Positions 59,947-64,000 of a DNA stretch of 64,000 bases are shown here, one piece after another. Both the position numbers and the translations under genes were made by a program. The first letter of the stretch is position 1, and every line of letters starts with the position of its first letter. Source of the stretch: the human T2T-CHM13v2.0 reference genome, Homo sapiens. The notes beneath the pieces are model-generated. The model saw only the letters and a list, made by a program, of their open reading frames with translations, did not search any database and was not told where the DNA came from. The DNA lies in NCBI RefSeq assembly GCF_009914755.1, contig NC_060926.1. One strand, given 5' to 3'.

Positions 59947-61254
59947 TCAAAGCCAAATGACATTGAGAAACACGGTGTTCAAGAAAGTTAAACAGATTCC
60001 CTTATGGCAGGAATTCTCAGAACCTTTAATATGACAGTTACCTTGTAAATCACTAAAATACAAGGAAATTTGTGGTAGAAGTGCTTCCCAAGTTTACTTG
60101 GCCACAAAACTCCCTTTCTTTCCCTCCTAAACACTTGTCAGACTTGTTCTGGACTCTGAGAAACACACTTTGGAAAATGCTGTCATAATGTAGTCTTCCC
60201 TAGAGAAAATCTTTCTAACACCATTCCAATTCATTGTGCCTAGAGCAATATTAATAATGACTGAGTCACTGGCAGCAACTTCTTTAAGCTTTGTGCATCT
60301 TTATCTTTCTTAGACTTGAAAATAAATGCTTAATGCTAAACACATTTTCATATGTCTTTTTAATATCAGTAAAAAGATCAGATTTTTGTTAAAGTCTGAA
60401 ATGTTCATGAAGGCAAATATGGAAGGGTAGAAACTGGTGGCAATTTCAAGTTGAATTAAAATGAGATGCAGAGTTTAGAGTCTCTTTCCTGTATTAGAGT
60501 AGGCAGCAGTGAGATTCTCTATTTAAATTGTGAAAGTTTCTTTAATGAGCATCAGAGAAGCGGCTTCATGTTTGGGGCACTGGAAGAGCCTTAGTTTTCT
60601 CCCCTAGTTGATGGGGCCGGGGGTGGTGGAGATTCCCTGATGATGGAGTGGCAAACTGTGCAGGAAAATTATTGGTCCCAGCTGACAATCAGTACTTGAG
60701 AAGGCTGAGGCAGCTTAGAAATAGGAAGTTAAAATATTCATGCCAAGCATCCAGCGTTTGTTTAATCAGGGCTAATGATTAGTTTCTTAATGAAATTTTA
60801 CAAGCTCAGTTGAACACAGAAAACATTTGCTTCTCTAAAAGCAAACAGGTCTGTTTCTATTATAATCAGACATCTGAACCACAGAAGACCCCCAGCCCTT
60901 AGGAGTACAGAGGTGAATCTGTTCAGGAACTTCCGAGTTTTCTTTGAAGATGATAGTGGCCAAAGAGTGATGGGAGAAGGAAGCTGGCGATCAACAAGAT
61001 TTGAAACTGCAGGATCTAATGCCACAGACCCTGACATAAACTTTGGGCAGTTGTGCTAAACACAGCAGCTCTCAAGTAGAGGGACAGATGATCAAAGGAG
61101 CTAATATAGTCAGTGGTTATGCTAGAATGTCTGTTTGGGAGGGCTTTGGAGTGACAGTCTAACTGGAACTACTTTTACATTTCTGGCAGGCTGTTCTTAC
61201 TTAGGTTATATGAGAAAATTAAATAAAATGAAATTTAAAATTCAGTGAAACAGG

Positions 61255-61590
61255 AGAAGGAAGGATGATTAGGGAGAACAAAAGGGATTTTTAGATCAGT
61301 GAAACTATTCTGTATGATATTATAATGGTGGATGTAAGATATGCACTTGTCAAAACCCACAGACTGTACAACACCAAGACAGAATTCTCATGTAAACTAT
61401 GGACTTTGGGTGATCGTCAAGTGTCGGTTTGTCATGATGATGTTCATCGATTGTAACAAATGTGCCACTCTTGGGTGGGATGTTAATAGCGGGAGGAAGC
61501 CAACCATGTGTAGGGGCAGGTGGTATAGGGGAAGTCTCTTAACTCTGCTTAATTTTGCTGTGAACCTAAAACTGCTATAAAAACTTTAAG
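61255..61590 (+). mobile_element. L1MC/MD-like 3' end
   Basis: CAGTGAAACTATTCTGTATGATA...TGTAAACTATGGACTTTGGGTGAT...TGTGAACCTAAAACTGCT. Confidence 0.85.
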
Positions 61591-61711
61591 CCTTCTTTTA
61601 GAAATTCAATTAAAAGGTTTCAAAAGATGTTTTAAGTCATATTTAGTATAAGATGGAGAAAACAATTGCCTAAGTCAAAAATTACTCCCATTATTATTAC
61701 CATGTCCGTTA

Positions 61712-62032
<321 letters not shown>

Positions 62033-62307
62033 TAATAGCTTGAAGAAAGTGGTTGATAAAGGTGGTAGGTAAGCTGAAAAGCTCTCCCGCCACCACCAAA
62101 TCCCCCTACCCATGTACTTCCTGACACTGTTGAGTGTAGGAGTCTAGTGCTGTAAGAGCCCTGGCTACACCAGGAACGTGCAGTGATGGAACATTTCTAC
62201 CTCTATTGCAGTACTGACGTTTCCTCTGTGATCTTGGCTTACATGTCTGTCTCACTCACCTGATTGTATGATCCAGCAGGGCAGGAACCCTGTCCTATTC
62301 ATCTTAT

Positions 62308-62585
62308 TTTGTTTGTTTGAGACAGAATCTCACTCTGTCGCCCAGGCTGGGGTGCAGTCACAACCTCCATCTCCCAAGGTCAAGCAATTCTTATGCCTCA
62401 GCCTCCCAAGTAACTGGGGTTACAGGTGCCCACGACCACACCCAGCTAATTTTTTGTATTTTTAGTAGAGACAGGGTTTCACCATGTTGCTTAGGCTGGT
62501 TTCACACTCCTCAGCTCAAGTGATCCGCCCACCTTGGCCTCCCAAACTGTTGGGATTACAGGCTTGAGCCACCACACCTGACCAA
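62308..62585 (-). mobile_element. Alu with a small internal deletion, inserted in an L2 3' end
   Basis: 18-bp TSD CTGTCCTATTCATCTTAT at 62290-62307 and 62586-62603. Confidence 0.93.
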
Positions 62586-63446
62586 CTGTCCTATTCATCT
62601 TATAGTCCCAACCCCTAGCACAGCACCAGGAACACGGTAGATGCTCAATAACTGTCTGCTGATTGAATAGAAGTGAAACAGCCAAGGTTAAATAGATAAT
62701 TTAGCTGTCTGCCCTATATGTTTTAAAATTGTTTTTCCATACTCAAGTTTAATAAAGTTTGAGGAAATATGCTAACCAAATTTATTAGTTTGCATTAAAA
62801 AGACCTGTTTTGAAATTGTTAAATGGCTAAAGTCTGACTGTATCTTTAGAAACAAGATATTCATAGTACAGCCCCAACAATTTCTATAAGCAAAATGCAA
62901 AACAGGATCAATCATGTGATCTTTCTAGAAAAGTTTCACACTGAGCCCTAGACTACTAAGTCATTATTCAAAATTATGGGTGGTAAAATCTTCCTTAACT
63001 TTTTCAGTGACACCTACAATTATATCACAAAATATTCAAAACCCTTTCTAAATAAAACTTTGTCCTCTAGCAAGTATTCTTTTAATAGGAAGCTCACAAA
63101 GAGGATATTTAAATGTGTCCTAAAGAAAACCCAGGCACTGCAGTAATTCTGTACCTATATTTGAAGTCGAGTTGTCATGTTATAGCAAAAACAGACTTCC
63201 CTGACATTTAGAATCTTGTCAAAAGCCAAGTTCTGAATATTACTTTAGGGCACCTTGACACATTTGTTCTCTAGTTTCCCTGCTTGAGAGAAAAACTATC
63301 AAGGTTTTCTAATATGGGAGACCTATATATTGAAATGTATCATTTCTGAGGGAAATCTATTTTTAAGGTACCGAGAACAAAGTCAAAAGTCCTTGAAAAA
63401 GAGATTTTTATAATTAAATGGATTCAATGGTGCCAAGTAAAATTCA

Positions 63447-63794
<348 letters not shown>

Positions 63795-64000
63795 TTATTT
63801 TTACAAACAGTACAGTCCTTATGAAAATTCTTACATGGTTCTCTTGCTATCCCATTTTTCTAAGGTATATGACTTAATAAGTTTTTAAATTTTTTTAATG
63901 GTGGTAAAATACACATAACATAAAACTTACCATCTTAATCATTTTTTCTAACTCATGTTTATTATTTGTACAATCGTTAGCACAGGTCAGAATCAGAGAG

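Overview
Human (or great-ape) intronic DNA from the body of ANKRD44, which encodes PP6 ankyrin-repeat regulatory subunit B, on the minus strand. Seven coding exons (my numbering 3-9; 79, 71, 201, 88, 143, 213 and 79 nt) have canonical AG/GT ends and splice into one open ankyrin-repeat frame, DSEKRTPLH...QTLIQNG. Most of these exons are missed or mis-bounded by the ORF track. The rest is intron, holding about 30 Alus (many with readable target-site duplications, TSDs), L1, L2, MIR, hAT and mariner MITEs, solo LTRs, microsatellites and an intragenic CpG island near 53.7-54.45 kb. I found no prokaryotic-type system, CRISPR array, RNA gene or novel protein. The best leads are sequence-derived hypotheses: a stop-free exon 3-8 circle that keeps ankyrin register; two near-identical young AluYc copies bracketing the in-frame exon 3+4 unit; a MADE1 hairpin inside an Alu; a MER91-like CTCF site inside an L2; a candidate internal promoter; and an exonisation-ready antisense Alu. 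Exon and residue numbers and repeat subfamily names come from recall, not database searches. Repeat boundaries without TSDs are approximate.
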